Source: Octopus bimaculoides
Lineage: Eukaryota
Reading direction: 5' to 3'
Assembly: GCF_001194135.2 (NCBI RefSeq)
Contig: NC_068987.1
Coordinates: 45,943,378-46,007,377, forward strand
DNA length: 64,000 bases
Positions within the stretch are counted from its first letter, which is position 1, and every line of letters starts with the position of its first letter. A program made the translations under genes and the position numbers. Shown here piece by piece: positions 52,898-64,000 of this stretch. The notes beneath the pieces are model-generated. The model saw nothing but the letters and a program-made list of their open reading frames with translations, ran no database searches and was not told the origin of the DNA.

Positions 52898-52934
<37 letters not shown>

Positions 52935-54659
52935 TGTGGAGGAGATACATTAATGAGAATTAGACACACACCAGATGTAACCAACAGGACAGGGTAGGCA
53001 TGACAGACCATGTGATGTCATCAGAAAACCCAGAACTTGTTATTTTCAATGACGTTATGTTATGTTTTTAGAGTATTATCGTTACAGCATTACTTTGCTG
53101 TTACCTTCATATTAAATCAGATTCTGGGGAGGCGGGGAGAAAGTTCTATGGCGTTCAGAGCCAGCACTGTAAATTACATCAGACGTTTCGTATACAAATA
53201 CGTCTATGCAAACAATGTGATCAAAGATAGAAAAATAGATAATGGGTGTATATGTACTGTTTACATAAGTGTATTAGTACACAAAATGTCATAATGTACA
53301 GTGCTGGATTTGAACTCAGAATATAGATAACTGGAAGAAATAATTCAAGGCATTTTGACTGATGTTCTAACAATTCTGCCAATCCACCACACATGCTAGA
53401 TATGATACATGGTGGTTGAGGGGCAATGGTGGGATTGTGGAGGGGTGATTGTGAGATTGTGGAGAGGGCGATTGTAGGTGAGGGGCAGCAGGGTGAATTC
53501 ATAAATTAAAGTGACCCCTTCCTCCCCACTCCAATTCAAATCTATTTATTTTATTGAACCTGGAGATGTAAGGCAAAAGTCAACCTCAGCAAAACTTAAA
53601 TATATTGTAAAGAGGAATGAGGCAAAACTAAACACTATAAAATCTCCAGTCTTGCAATTTGACACTTCCATCATTGATCAGGAAGCAGACAACTAAGTAA
53701 TAAATGTCAATCGCATTTTAGTATCTTAGTATAGAGATATTTAAAATTAAAATAATAATAATAATAATTAAGCAAACAAACATAACTATATTACAATGAA
53801 TTGAGAAGTTTTTATGAAGAAAATAAATACAACAATAATAACAAAAGTAGTAGTTTTTCTTCTGAATAAGTTATTTTTTGTTATTAGACGTCCAACTGGC
53901 AAAATAGCTGAGTCAAACAGAACATGTATTATGAAGTAGACAATGATTAGCAATGAACAAGACGTTCCCATGGAAAATTCTAGAGGTCTACAATGAGTGT
54001 GAAACTTTCACTAACACCTACACACATGCACACACACACACCTGCATGCACACACACATGCACATACACATGCACACACGCACGCACACACACACACACA
54101 CACACAAACACTGACACAAATATATAAAGACAGACAGACACACACGCACATACACGCACAAATAAATACATATATGTACAAAAACACATACACTCGCCAA
54201 CACATATAAATATAAACACACATGCACACATACACAAGCATACATATATAAACACAAGCATCCACACACACTTCCACACAAAATAAAGAAATTGACACCA
54301 GGCAGTATAACGGTAAAAAGCAAAACTTTTGGCAGAAAAGCCTACATGATTTCAAAATGTATATAAGAAATAATGCAGATGCCAAATTCAAAACAATTCT
54401 CGACAATGAGACTGTGAAGTTCTAGAAACATCAAATATGAATTTAGAAACAAAGCAGCAGTAAAAAAAAAATATAACAAGAATATGTGGAAAGTCTTAAA
54501 TGAAATAGATAAGAGTGGAACACAGCCATGTATTTTATGGAACATGTATACATATCTCTCTCTCTCTTTCCCTCTCTCTCTCTCCCTCTCTCTCTCTTTA
54601 TATATATGTACATGTGTGTGTGTGTGTGTACGAGCAAGAAAGCTGACAAATTACTAATT

Positions 54660-54895
54660 CATTATTTACATTATTTACATTTGACAGATATCCGTCCTCT
54701 TGTTTGCTGTTAACACGTTTTGGCTGGATTCGAACCTGGATTCTCATTCATAAGGTATTTTTCAGTGTTGTTGTTGTTGTTGTTGTTGTTGTTCTTCTTC
54801 TTCTTCTTCTTCTTCTTCTTCTTCTTCTTCTTCTTCTTCTCCTCCTCCTCCTCCTCCTCCTCCTCCTCCTCTTCCTCTTCCTTCTTCTTCTTCTT

Positions 54896-54962
<67 letters not shown>

Positions 54963-55115
54963 TCACAGCCTGGAATCGAATTTCCCCAAGGCACCTGATG
55001 AAGGCTGGAGGGTATATCAGCCAAAACACTGTGTTAACAACAAAGATGAGGTCAAATATCCGTCAAATGTAAATAATGTAAATAATGTACATAATTCCTC
55101 ATCAAATATAGAACT
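54660..55115. mobile_element. Head-to-head inverted pair of a hammerhead-tailed (Penelope-type) element enclosing a compound microsatellite
   Basis: 54660-54726 is the reverse complement of 55018-55087; (GTT)n(CTT)n(CCT)n(CTT)n(TAT)n in the centre; CTGATGA motif at 54995; third copy of the tail at 47328-47417. Confidence 0.65.
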
Positions 55116-55204
55116 AAATTACTAATTCCTTCAGGGAAATAGCTCTGCACAGTGTGTAGAAAAGGTGTAAATATAAATTCTGATTGAAATTCCATATGTT
55201 GTGC

Positions 55205-56370
55205 CCAGTGCAAACTATGGAGACATAAGAATGCAGTGGAATCCTAGGAAGGTTAACAGAAAAGGTATTCTTTGTGTATGGTGGATGTGCTTATGCAATA
55301 AACACTAAGAATGTACAGAAAATAGATTTCTTGAAATGTCCAGGAAGTTTCTTAGAGTTAGTAGATAGTTTCTGTTATCTTGGTGACCAGATTAGCAATG
55401 GGAGAGGTTGCTCTGAAAGCACAGTTGCTAGAATAAGAACCAGCTGGGCAAAGTTCAGAGAGCTGTTACATTTGTTAGTAACAAAGGACTTCTCCTTCAG
55501 AGTGAAAAGCAGATTGTATTATGCCTGTGTATGGACAGCTCCACAGCATGACATTGAAACATGGGCTGTAACTGCAGAGGACATGTGAAGGCTTGAAAGA
55601 AATGAAACCAGCATGCTCTACTGGATGTGCAATGTCAGTGAGCATGAATGACAAAATGTAAATGTTTTGAGAGAAAAACTTGGTATAAGAAGCATCAGAT
55701 GTAGTGTACAAGCAAGAAGACTGTGCTAGTATGGTCATATGATATGTATGAATGGGGACGGCAGCATAAAGAAGTGCCTATCTCTTATGTGGAGGAAAGC
55801 TCTGGAAGGAGATCCAGGGAGGTATGGGATGATGTGGTGAGAAATGATCTTCAGATGTTGAGTCTTAAGAGCGGATACAACAAAAGGCCAAAATGATTAG
55901 TGGTTTACTGAGCTTGAGAAGACCCACCCAGCTAAGTAAAATCAAATATAAAGGCATGTTGTTTATGTCAGTATTCATGAACCTCACCATGCACACAATC
56001 TGTTCCCTGACAAACCTTCCTCACAATCATTCTTCTCACCCATGCACACCACCTGCTCTATTCTCCTTCATAGTCATACTTACACAAAATATGTCCCTGT
56101 TGCATCTCTTTCCCACTACACAACCTCTTAATAACCCTCCCTCTACTTGTGTCAACTAATTACATTCCTGCCTTCCAACCACCTTATCTCCCACTTTCCT
56201 TCTGCAATCATATGGACCCAACCACAAACTCACCCTCTCCAATTTCCATTCCACTCCACTTCATAAACTGCCCAGTAAACTGGGAGTATGGCCCCTGCGC
56301 CCTCACCATTATATCTTCCCCATCTTCTCTCTCCACTTTCCTTCTCTTCTCTCTCCACCTGAGGTAGTCA
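55205..56370 (+). mobile_element. RTE-clade LINE 3' part (degenerate ORF to ~55900 + 3'UTR)
   Basis: VDSFCYLGDQIS..ARIRTSWAKFREL..ETWAVT..RLERNETSML.WMC..LREKLGI..RRLCWYGH. Confidence 0.85.
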
Positions 56371-56375
56371 TAAAG

Positions 56376-56442
<67 letters not shown>

Positions 56443-56724
56443 GGGAGAATTCACAAAAAAAAAACAAAAGATGAAGACAGGTGGTGTAGAAAACAAACAG
56501 ATGTATTAGTATAACGCTTGGGAAGTGAAAAAGTCTTTAACGTTTTGAGCCTATGCTCTTCCACAGAAAGTAATATATATAATGTATGGGGGTTTAGTTC
56601 ACAAGTGATCTAAACCTAAACAATTAGGTATGCTAGGTAAGTGCTTTAATGGATTACTAGGGCTCCAATGTTATAGCCAAGATGGTAGTTATGGAGCCAT
56701 TGCAGATTTCCGGTATGTGAACAT

Positions 56725-57040
56725 GTATGGCTCAGTGGTAAAAGCATTGGGCTCACAATCATGAGGCAGTGAGTTTGATTCCCAGACCAGGCTGTGTGTT
56801 GTGTCCTTGGGCAAGACACTTAATTTCCCATTGCTCCAGTTCATTTAGCTGTAGAAATGAGTTGCCATGTTACTAGTACCAAACTATATTGGCCTTTGCC
56901 TTTCCCTTGGATAACATCAGTGGCATGGAGTGGGGAGGGTGGTATTCATGGGTGACTGCAGGTCTACTATAAACAACCTTGCCTGGACTTGTGCCTCAGA
57001 TGGGAACATACTAGGTGCAATCCCATGGTCATTCATAACA
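56725..57040 (+). mobile_element. SINE-C, full-length
   Basis: tggctcagtggtaaaag..gagtttgattccc..gtgttgtgtccttgggcaagacact; matches 34040-34334. Confidence 0.85.
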
Positions 57041-57091
57041 GAAGTGTGTGTGTGTGCATGTATGTGTGCATGTGTGTGTGCATACGTGCAT

Positions 57092-57141
<50 letters not shown>

Positions 57142-57756
57142 GCACATCACCTAGTGGTATGGGTGTTGCATTTCTGGTCCTAAAATTCTGGTTTCATTCC
57201 TAGTGAAGCAATGCATTACGTTCATGAGTGTTACTCCACTCAGCTGGCAAAAACCAATAATCCTGCAACAGATTGTAACATATATATTCACCAGTGGGGA
57301 ATATATAAGATACAGAATCTGGGGAAACCAGCCTTATGGTCGTATGGCATGGGAAGGACCTTTGATCCATTTTTGATATATACATCATCATCATCATTAT
57401 TTAAGGTCCATTTTCCATGCTGGCATGGGTTGATAGGAACTGGCAAGCCAGAGGAGTGCACCAAGTTCCACTTATGTTTTAGTATGGTATTTATGGCTGG
57501 ATGCCCTTCCTAACACCAACCACTTAACTGGGTAGACTGAGTGGCTTTTATGTGGCACCATCACCGGTGAGGTCTGCTTTAGCATGGTTTTTACCACTGG
57601 ATGCTCTTTTTAACACCAACTACTTTACAGAATGGACTGGATCTTTTACATGGCATCAGCACCAGCAAGATCTGCTTTGGTATGATTTTTACAGCTGAAT
57701 TCCCATCCTAATGTCAACCATTTTACAGAGTGGACTGGGTATATGTGTGTGTATGT

Positions 57757-57813
<57 letters not shown>

Positions 57814-58856
57814 TATATGTGTGTGTGTGTATGTGTGTATATATATATATATATATANNNNNNNNNNNNNNNNNNNNNNNNNNNNNNNNNNNNNNNNNNN
57901 NNNNNNNNNNNNNNNNNNNNNNNNNNNNNNNNNNNNNNNNNNNNNNNNNNNNNNNNNNNNNNNNNNNNNNNNNNNNNNNNNNNNNNNNNNNNNNNNNNNN
58001 NNNNNNNNNNNNNNNNNNNNNNNNNNNNNNNNNNNNNNNNNNNNNNNNNNNNNNNNNNNNNNNNNNNNNNNNNNNNNNNNNNNNNNNNNNNNNNNNNNNN
58101 NNNNNNNNNNNNNNNNNNNNNNNNNNNNNNNNNNNNNNNNNNNNNNNNNNNNNNNNNNNNNNNNNNNNNNNNNNNNNNNNNNNNNNNNNNNNNNNNNNNN
58201 NNNNNNNNNNNNNNNNNNNNNNNNNNNNNNNNNNNNNNNNNNNNNNNNNNNNNNNNNNNNNNNNNNNNNNNNNNNNNNNNNNNNNNNNNNNNNNNNNNNN
58301 NNNNNNNNNNNNNNNNNNNNNNNNNNNNNNNNNNNNNNNNNNNNNNNNNNNNNNNNNNNNNNNNNNNNNNNNNNNNNNNNNNNNNNNNNNNNNNNNNNNN
58401 NNNNNNNNNNNNNNNNNNNNNNNNNNNNNNNNNNNNNNNNNNNNNNNNNNNNNNNNNNNNNNNNNNNNNNNNNNNNNNNNNNNNNNNNNNNNNNNNNNNN
58501 NNNNNNNNNNNNNNNNNNNNNNNNNNNNNNNNNNNNNNNNNNNNNNNNNNNNNNNNNNNNNNNNNNNNNNNNNNNNNNNNNNNNNNNNNNNNNNNNNNNN
58601 NNNNNNNNNNNNNNNNNNNNNNNNNNNNNNNNNNNNNNNNNNNNNNNNNNNNNNNNNNNNNNNNNNNNNNNNNNNNNNNNNNNNNNNNNNNNNNNNNNNN
58701 NNNNNNNNNNNNNNNNNNNNNNNNNNNNNNNNNNNNNNNNNNNNNNNNNNNNNNNNNNNNNNNNNNNNNNNNNNNNNNNNNNNNNNNNNNNNNNNNNNNN
58801 NNNNNATATATATATAAATTTATATATATACATCCATATATAAACATATATACACT

Positions 58857-58910
<54 letters not shown>

Positions 58911-59205
58911 TACATACACACACGTACACACACACATACACACACACATATTATGAGTAAACATAAATCCCAAAAAGAAGCATGCTCTAATTTATAGAAC
59001 AGTATACTATATAAAGTTAGATAAGGCTGGTTTATGGGATTACCCTGGGTTTCACGTCCATAAAGCACTTAGCTTTACAGTGTATCATCAGATGCCATAT
59101 AACTTATATAATGCCTCTCCCAAGGTTTAATTGTGTATATATATATATATACAAAATGGCTGATAGTTAGCAAGGTGAGACACACATAAGAAAGAAGGAA
59201 ACAAA

Positions 59206-59250
59206 GGACCACTGATGAGGTCACAGAAGTGTGACGAAAGAACTCTGGCC
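59206..59250 (+). ncRNA. Minimal type I hammerhead ribozyme candidate
   Basis: CCA-CTGATGA-G-GTCACA-GAAG-TGTGAC-GAAA-G-AA-CTC-TGG: full core, 6-bp stem II, 2-bp stem III, CUC site, 3-bp stem I. Confidence 0.6.
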
Positions 59251-59374
59251 GAAATAAGATTAAGATTAAGATTAATGTAATATAAAGCTGAAAAAAAAAA
59301 AAAAAAAAAAANNNNNNNNNNNNNNNNNNNNNNNNNNNNNNNNNNNNNNNNNNNNNNNNNNNNNNNNNNNNNNN

Positions 59375-59420
<46 letters not shown>

Positions 59421-59539
59421 GAATTAAGTGAATCAGGCACTTAAATGGTGAATATTGTGTTTCATGTATTTATGTAATGAAAACGGTTTTTTCTAATGAT
59501 GTAATGTCTCCATTAATCAATTAACTGTTCATTGGACAT

Positions 59540-59705
59540 AGCTGTAGTGAATCGACATTACCTGTACAGGTGCAGCTGGGTGCCACATGTCAGATGTTGA
59601 AATGATCAAAGAGCAACATGAAATGAAGTGCTTTGCTGAAGAACACAATGCAATGCCCGGTCTGGGAATTGAACCCACAATCTCACAATCGTGAAGCAAT
59701 GCATT
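59540..59705 (-). mobile_element. SINE-C-related tRNA/CORE-like SINE
   Basis: Reverse complement gggttcaattcccagaccgggc..gtgttcttcagcaaagcacttc. Confidence 0.65.
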
Positions 59706-60628
59706 ACGTTCATGAGTGTTACTCCACTCAGCTGGCAAAAACCAATAATCCTGCAACAGATTGTAACATATATATTCACCAGTGGGGAATATATAAGATA
59801 CAGAATCTGGGGAAACCAGCCTTATGGTCGTATGGCATGGGAAGGACCTTTGATCCATTTTTGATATATACATCATCATCATCACACACACACACACACA
59901 CATGCATGCATATATATATACATGTGTCTTTGTGTATATATAATTATGTGTGTGTGTGTAAATACTTGTACTGCACAAGTGTAAATGTTTCTCTCTCTGT
60001 GTCTGTGCTTGTATATATGCTGTTCTATATGTGTGTGTGTGTGTGTGTGTGTTTATCAATATTTGAAAACAAGATCAAAGTCCTGGTGAAGAAGACAGCA
60101 TCCATCCATGCTGAGAAATGACAACATAAGAACAGTAGCAATTGAAAGGCAATGATAAACGTATTGAAAATTTCAACGCAGCTGTGCAGAAACTGGAAAA
60201 ACATACATAGTGCAGCAGCAGCAAACAGGAAACAGAAACAACTGGACAAAATCAGAAAACAAGAACAACAAATCTACATTCCAGAAACAATGGCTCCATG
60301 CCAGACTTTTGGTCAATGAAAACAGTAACACATGTACTGTAGTTTGGAGTGAAATCATAGTTGAATGAAATTTTAACACTGCCCCCCCCCATTCACTTTC
60401 TCTCATTTTCACTCTGTCTTTGTCTCATTCTCTCTGTCTTTCTCTCTCTCTATCTCTTTCTCTTCCTCCCTTCTTCTCTTTCACTGTATTTGTTTGCCTT
60501 TCTCTTGTTCTCTCTCCCTCCCTCACTTTCACTCTGTTTCTTTGTCTCTCTCTCATTGCATTTGTATCGCTTTGTCGCATTCCACTTCTGATATGCACTT
60601 ATAGTCATATGTACAATGCTCTGTATAG

Positions 60629-60659
<31 letters not shown>

Positions 60660-60879
60660 ATATATATATATATATATATGTATACATATATATATATNNN
60701 NNNNNNNNNNNNNNNNNNNNNNNNNNNNNNNNNNNNNNNNNNNNNNNNNNNNNNNNNNNNNNNNNNNNNNNNNNNNNNNNNNNNNNNNNNNNNNNNNNNN
60801 NNNNNNNNNNNNNNNNNNNNNNNNNNNNNNNNNNNNNNNNNNNNNNNNNNNNNNNNNNNNNNNNNNNNNNNNNNNNNNN

Positions 60880-61006
60880 TGTAAGCCTGGTACTTATTCT
60901 AAAGGTCTCTTTTGCCAAACCACTAAGTTACGGGTATGTAAACACACCAACATCAGTTGTCAAGCAATGGTGGGGGACAAACACAGACACAAAGACACAC
61001 ACATAA

Positions 61007-61041
<35 letters not shown>

Positions 61042-61203
61042 CGACAGGCTTCTTTCAGTTTCTGTCTCCGAAATTCACTCACAAGGCTTTGGTCAACCTG
61101 AGGCCATAGTAGAAGACACTTGCCCAAGGTGCTATGCAGTGGGACTGAACCTGGAATCATGGGGTTAGGAAGCAAGCTTCTTACCACACAACCACGCCTG
61201 CAC
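60880..61203 (-). mobile_element. SINE-B, well preserved
   Basis: Head, core acgacaggcttctttcagtttc, (TA)n, AAAGAT-type tail cut by an N gap. Confidence 0.9.
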
Positions 61204-61270
61204 TTTCAGTTGTCAAATGATAGCGGGGAAATGGGGATGATACATAATATATATATATATATATATATAT

Positions 61271-61549
61271 ATCACCTGCTCTTTCTGCCCTTCTCTGTAC
61301 ATCAGTCAAACTGGATGTCACTTGGCTGACATATTCGCAGAGCATCTCTGCAACATTAGACTTGGCAATGACACGTCTGTCTTGCACCATTTCTGCTCTA
61401 CCAGTCATTCAGTACAACACTTGTCTGCGTTTAGATTGTCTTTGCACAGGGGCCATCCAGACTCCTGACTTTGCTGTGAGCAGGAATTAATCTTCTCTCT
61501 TCACTTCTTTGCACCACGTGGGCTCAACTCCCTTCTTCTCTTCATCTGA
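61271..61549 (+). pseudogene. Penelope-like element GIY-YIG endonuclease remnant
   Basis: ITCSFCPSLYISQTGCHLADIFAEHL..HHF..HS..EQELIFSL...PRGLN matches C..C...YIGQT.R.L..RF.EH..HF..H..E..I..L....P.GLN; one internal stop. Confidence 0.8.
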
Positions 61550-61697
61550 CTCCCCTACTCTACTCCTTTCATCTGACACCTACTTCCTCTCTTCACTCCC
61601 ACCCACCTTTCTGCTATAGCCTCAGGCCAACCAAAACCTTTTGAATGGATATGGTAGACGGAAATTGAAAGAAGCCCATCATTTATATATATATGTA

Positions 61698-61756
<59 letters not shown>

Positions 61757-61983
61757 ATACATATATATACCAGAGTAAGCACATAAAACTGAAACAAAGT
61801 GGCAAAAAATAGTACTCAAATACTGGAGGTAGAGTAATATGATTTTTATTAATAAAGCTGCAAAAACATCACAAAAACTGTTACTCAGAGTTATACTTTC
61901 CTATTCATTGGACAGATTTGGTTGATTCTCAATCAAAACTATCCAATGAACAGGACAGTTTTATTAATAAAGTATATATAATA

Positions 61984-62053
<70 letters not shown>

Positions 62054-62533
62054 TAAAGAGACAGAGAAACAGAGTCAACAACTTTCCCTGCATATCTTTG
62101 AGCTGCAGAAGAAAGATTACTGATCTAGTTTGTGTTGTGGTGGTCTACATTTACAGCTGTTGCTACAGATCACTGTTGAAAATAAACACTTTACATATGC
62201 CTTCTCCAAGCATCTTTCACATGCATGCATACATACATACATACATACATACAAACATACATACATATGTACGTACATACACAAATACATACATACATAC
62301 ATACATGGATATAAACATTCTTACATACATATGCATGTATGTATGAGTATATATGTATGCATGTGTATATATATATATATTTATATATTCATTTATATAT
62401 AGATATATTACAGTAGTGTAATCAGTTACTATAGGAACTAAAAAGATGGAGTAACATTGCTATCAAACAGTGTCAATCTCAACTATAAACTTTCCAGATC
62501 TGCAGCTGAATAAAGTAAAACTAGCACATGTAG

Positions 62534-62632
<99 letters not shown>

Positions 62633-62989
62633 ATGTGTGTGAGTAGGTGTGTGTGTATTCTGATATACACCCCCACCAATACGTTCGATTGCAAGCACTT
62701 AAAAATCACATATACAGCATTCATGTATCCAATGTTCATGGAAATACATATACAAACACATATATTTGAAGTATTTATTCTGTGAACTAATGTAATAAAT
62801 ATTGTCAATACTCAAACATATTAGAATGTATATATATGTTTGTATAAGTGAATACATCATCCAAAGTTCTCTGCTTCCACAGTGGGTAGCTTCCAACATT
62901 AATTCAAAATAATTTTTCATTCACTTAATAAATCAAAATATATGTCTTATAATTTAGTGTATATCTTTTTCTCTGTTAATTTGACTGGG

Positions 62990-63540
62990 TAGTAAAAAGT
63001 CTGCTTCACGACCACATGGTTCTGGGTTCAATCTCACTGCATGGCACCTTGGGCAAGTGTCTTCTACAATAGATCCAAAGGCCAACCAAAGCCTTGTGAA
63101 TGTACTTAGTAGGCAGTTTCTGTATGTGTTTCTGTGTGTGTGTGTATGTATATATATGCATGTATGTATGTATATATGTGTATACACATGTATGTATATG
63201 CATGCATATGTGTATATGTACATATATTTGTGGGTATGTGTACATTTGCATGTGCCTGAGTGTATTTGTATGTGTGTGTGTGTGTATGAGCATAGATATA
63301 GATGTATATCTATGTATGTGTGTGTATATATGAATTTGTATATGTGAGCGTACATGAGCATATGTATGTAAAATTTTAAGAGCATATATTCAGGTACATA
63401 TATGCTCATATGTATAGATGAGAGCATGTATGTGTATATACAGGTGTGTATATATGTAGATCTTTCTAAAACAATGTATATGCACGTGTAAGTTTGTCAA
63501 CTGAGTGGATTTGTTAGACAGAAACTGAAAGAAGCCCATC

Positions 63541-63585
<45 letters not shown>

Positions 63586-63620
63586 ATATATTTGTGTGTC
63601 TGTGTTTGTCCCTCTCACCA
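62990..63620 (+). mobile_element. SINE-B head/core fragments separated by a long TATG/TG low-complexity tract
   Basis: ccacatggttctgggttcaatc..ggcaagtgtcttctac at ~63010; gagtggattt..gaaactgaaagaagccc at ~63505. Confidence 0.7.
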
Positions 63621-64000
63621 TTGTGAATCCTGAAGGTCAGCCAATGGCAATTGCAAGGGTAACCGACCATGAACAATGAATTAGCAGCACAAAGAAATAG
63701 ACTGGAACCATCCATAGCATAGCCACCCTCACACTCCATCTATACGATTAAAGCAGATTCAACTGACTTTCAACCACAACACAATTTTTGTTATACTGAG
63801 TGGTTCCTACTACCACATATAGCCATGACAGACAGAAAGGATGTGCAGCTGAAGGTGAAAATTTGAGTTTACAGAACACAGAAATAATATTTATATATCA
63901 CCTGATGAAACTCAAGATCTATCAGAATGCAGGAAAATGGTTACATAACCAAATACCTGTGAACCTGGAGAACTACGTTGTGTGGAAACAATTGCTGAGA

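Noticed and set aside
53177-53210. Minus-strand GTAT-TTGT-ATAC-GAAACGTC motif as a ribozyme
   Set aside because: Stem II and GAAAC-GUC are present but the CUGANGA core is missing; at most a dead remnant
60060-60330. Purine-rich near-open frame (KIKVLVKKTASIHAEK..)
   Set aside because: In-frame stops, no diagnostic motif; possibly old LINE linker, not supportable
63900-64000. CTGATGA ... GAAAC hammerhead-like pair
   Set aside because: No stem II pairing next to the core motifs; cut off by the window end

Overview
AT-rich, microsatellite-dense eukaryotic DNA from a gappy short-read assembly: about 14 N-gaps, most flanked by (TA)n or (CA)n. The repeat families look like those of a coleoid cephalopod (Octopus); this is inferred from repeat recognition, not a search. 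There is no intact long ORF, rRNA, CRISPR array or prokaryotic feature, and most ORF-track entries are microsatellite or N artefacts. The window is dominated by mobile-element debris: about two dozen copies/fragments of a modular tRNA-derived SINE with an internal microsatellite (here SINE-B), three to four other tRNA-SINE families (my labels A, C, D, G), 5'-truncated R4/Dong-type LINEs sitting in (TAA)n arrays, RTE and CR1-like LINE remnants, a Penelope GIY-YIG remnant, a Tc1/mariner transposase N-terminus, TTAA-flanked MITEs and a Helentron/HINE-like element. Most interesting: (1) a near-intact tRNA-Met(CAT)-like cloverleaf enclosed by ~78-bp inverted repeats (14728-14993); (2) minimal hammerhead-ribozyme motifs at 54991, 56535 and 59206, one linked to Pol III B-box-like motifs; (3) a 152-bp-arm foldback (43997-44539); (4) low-confidence + strand exon candidates with divergent cadherin-like spacing, which could mean the window is intronic DNA of a large host gene. 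Coordinates were counted by hand; degenerate repeat boundaries are approximate.
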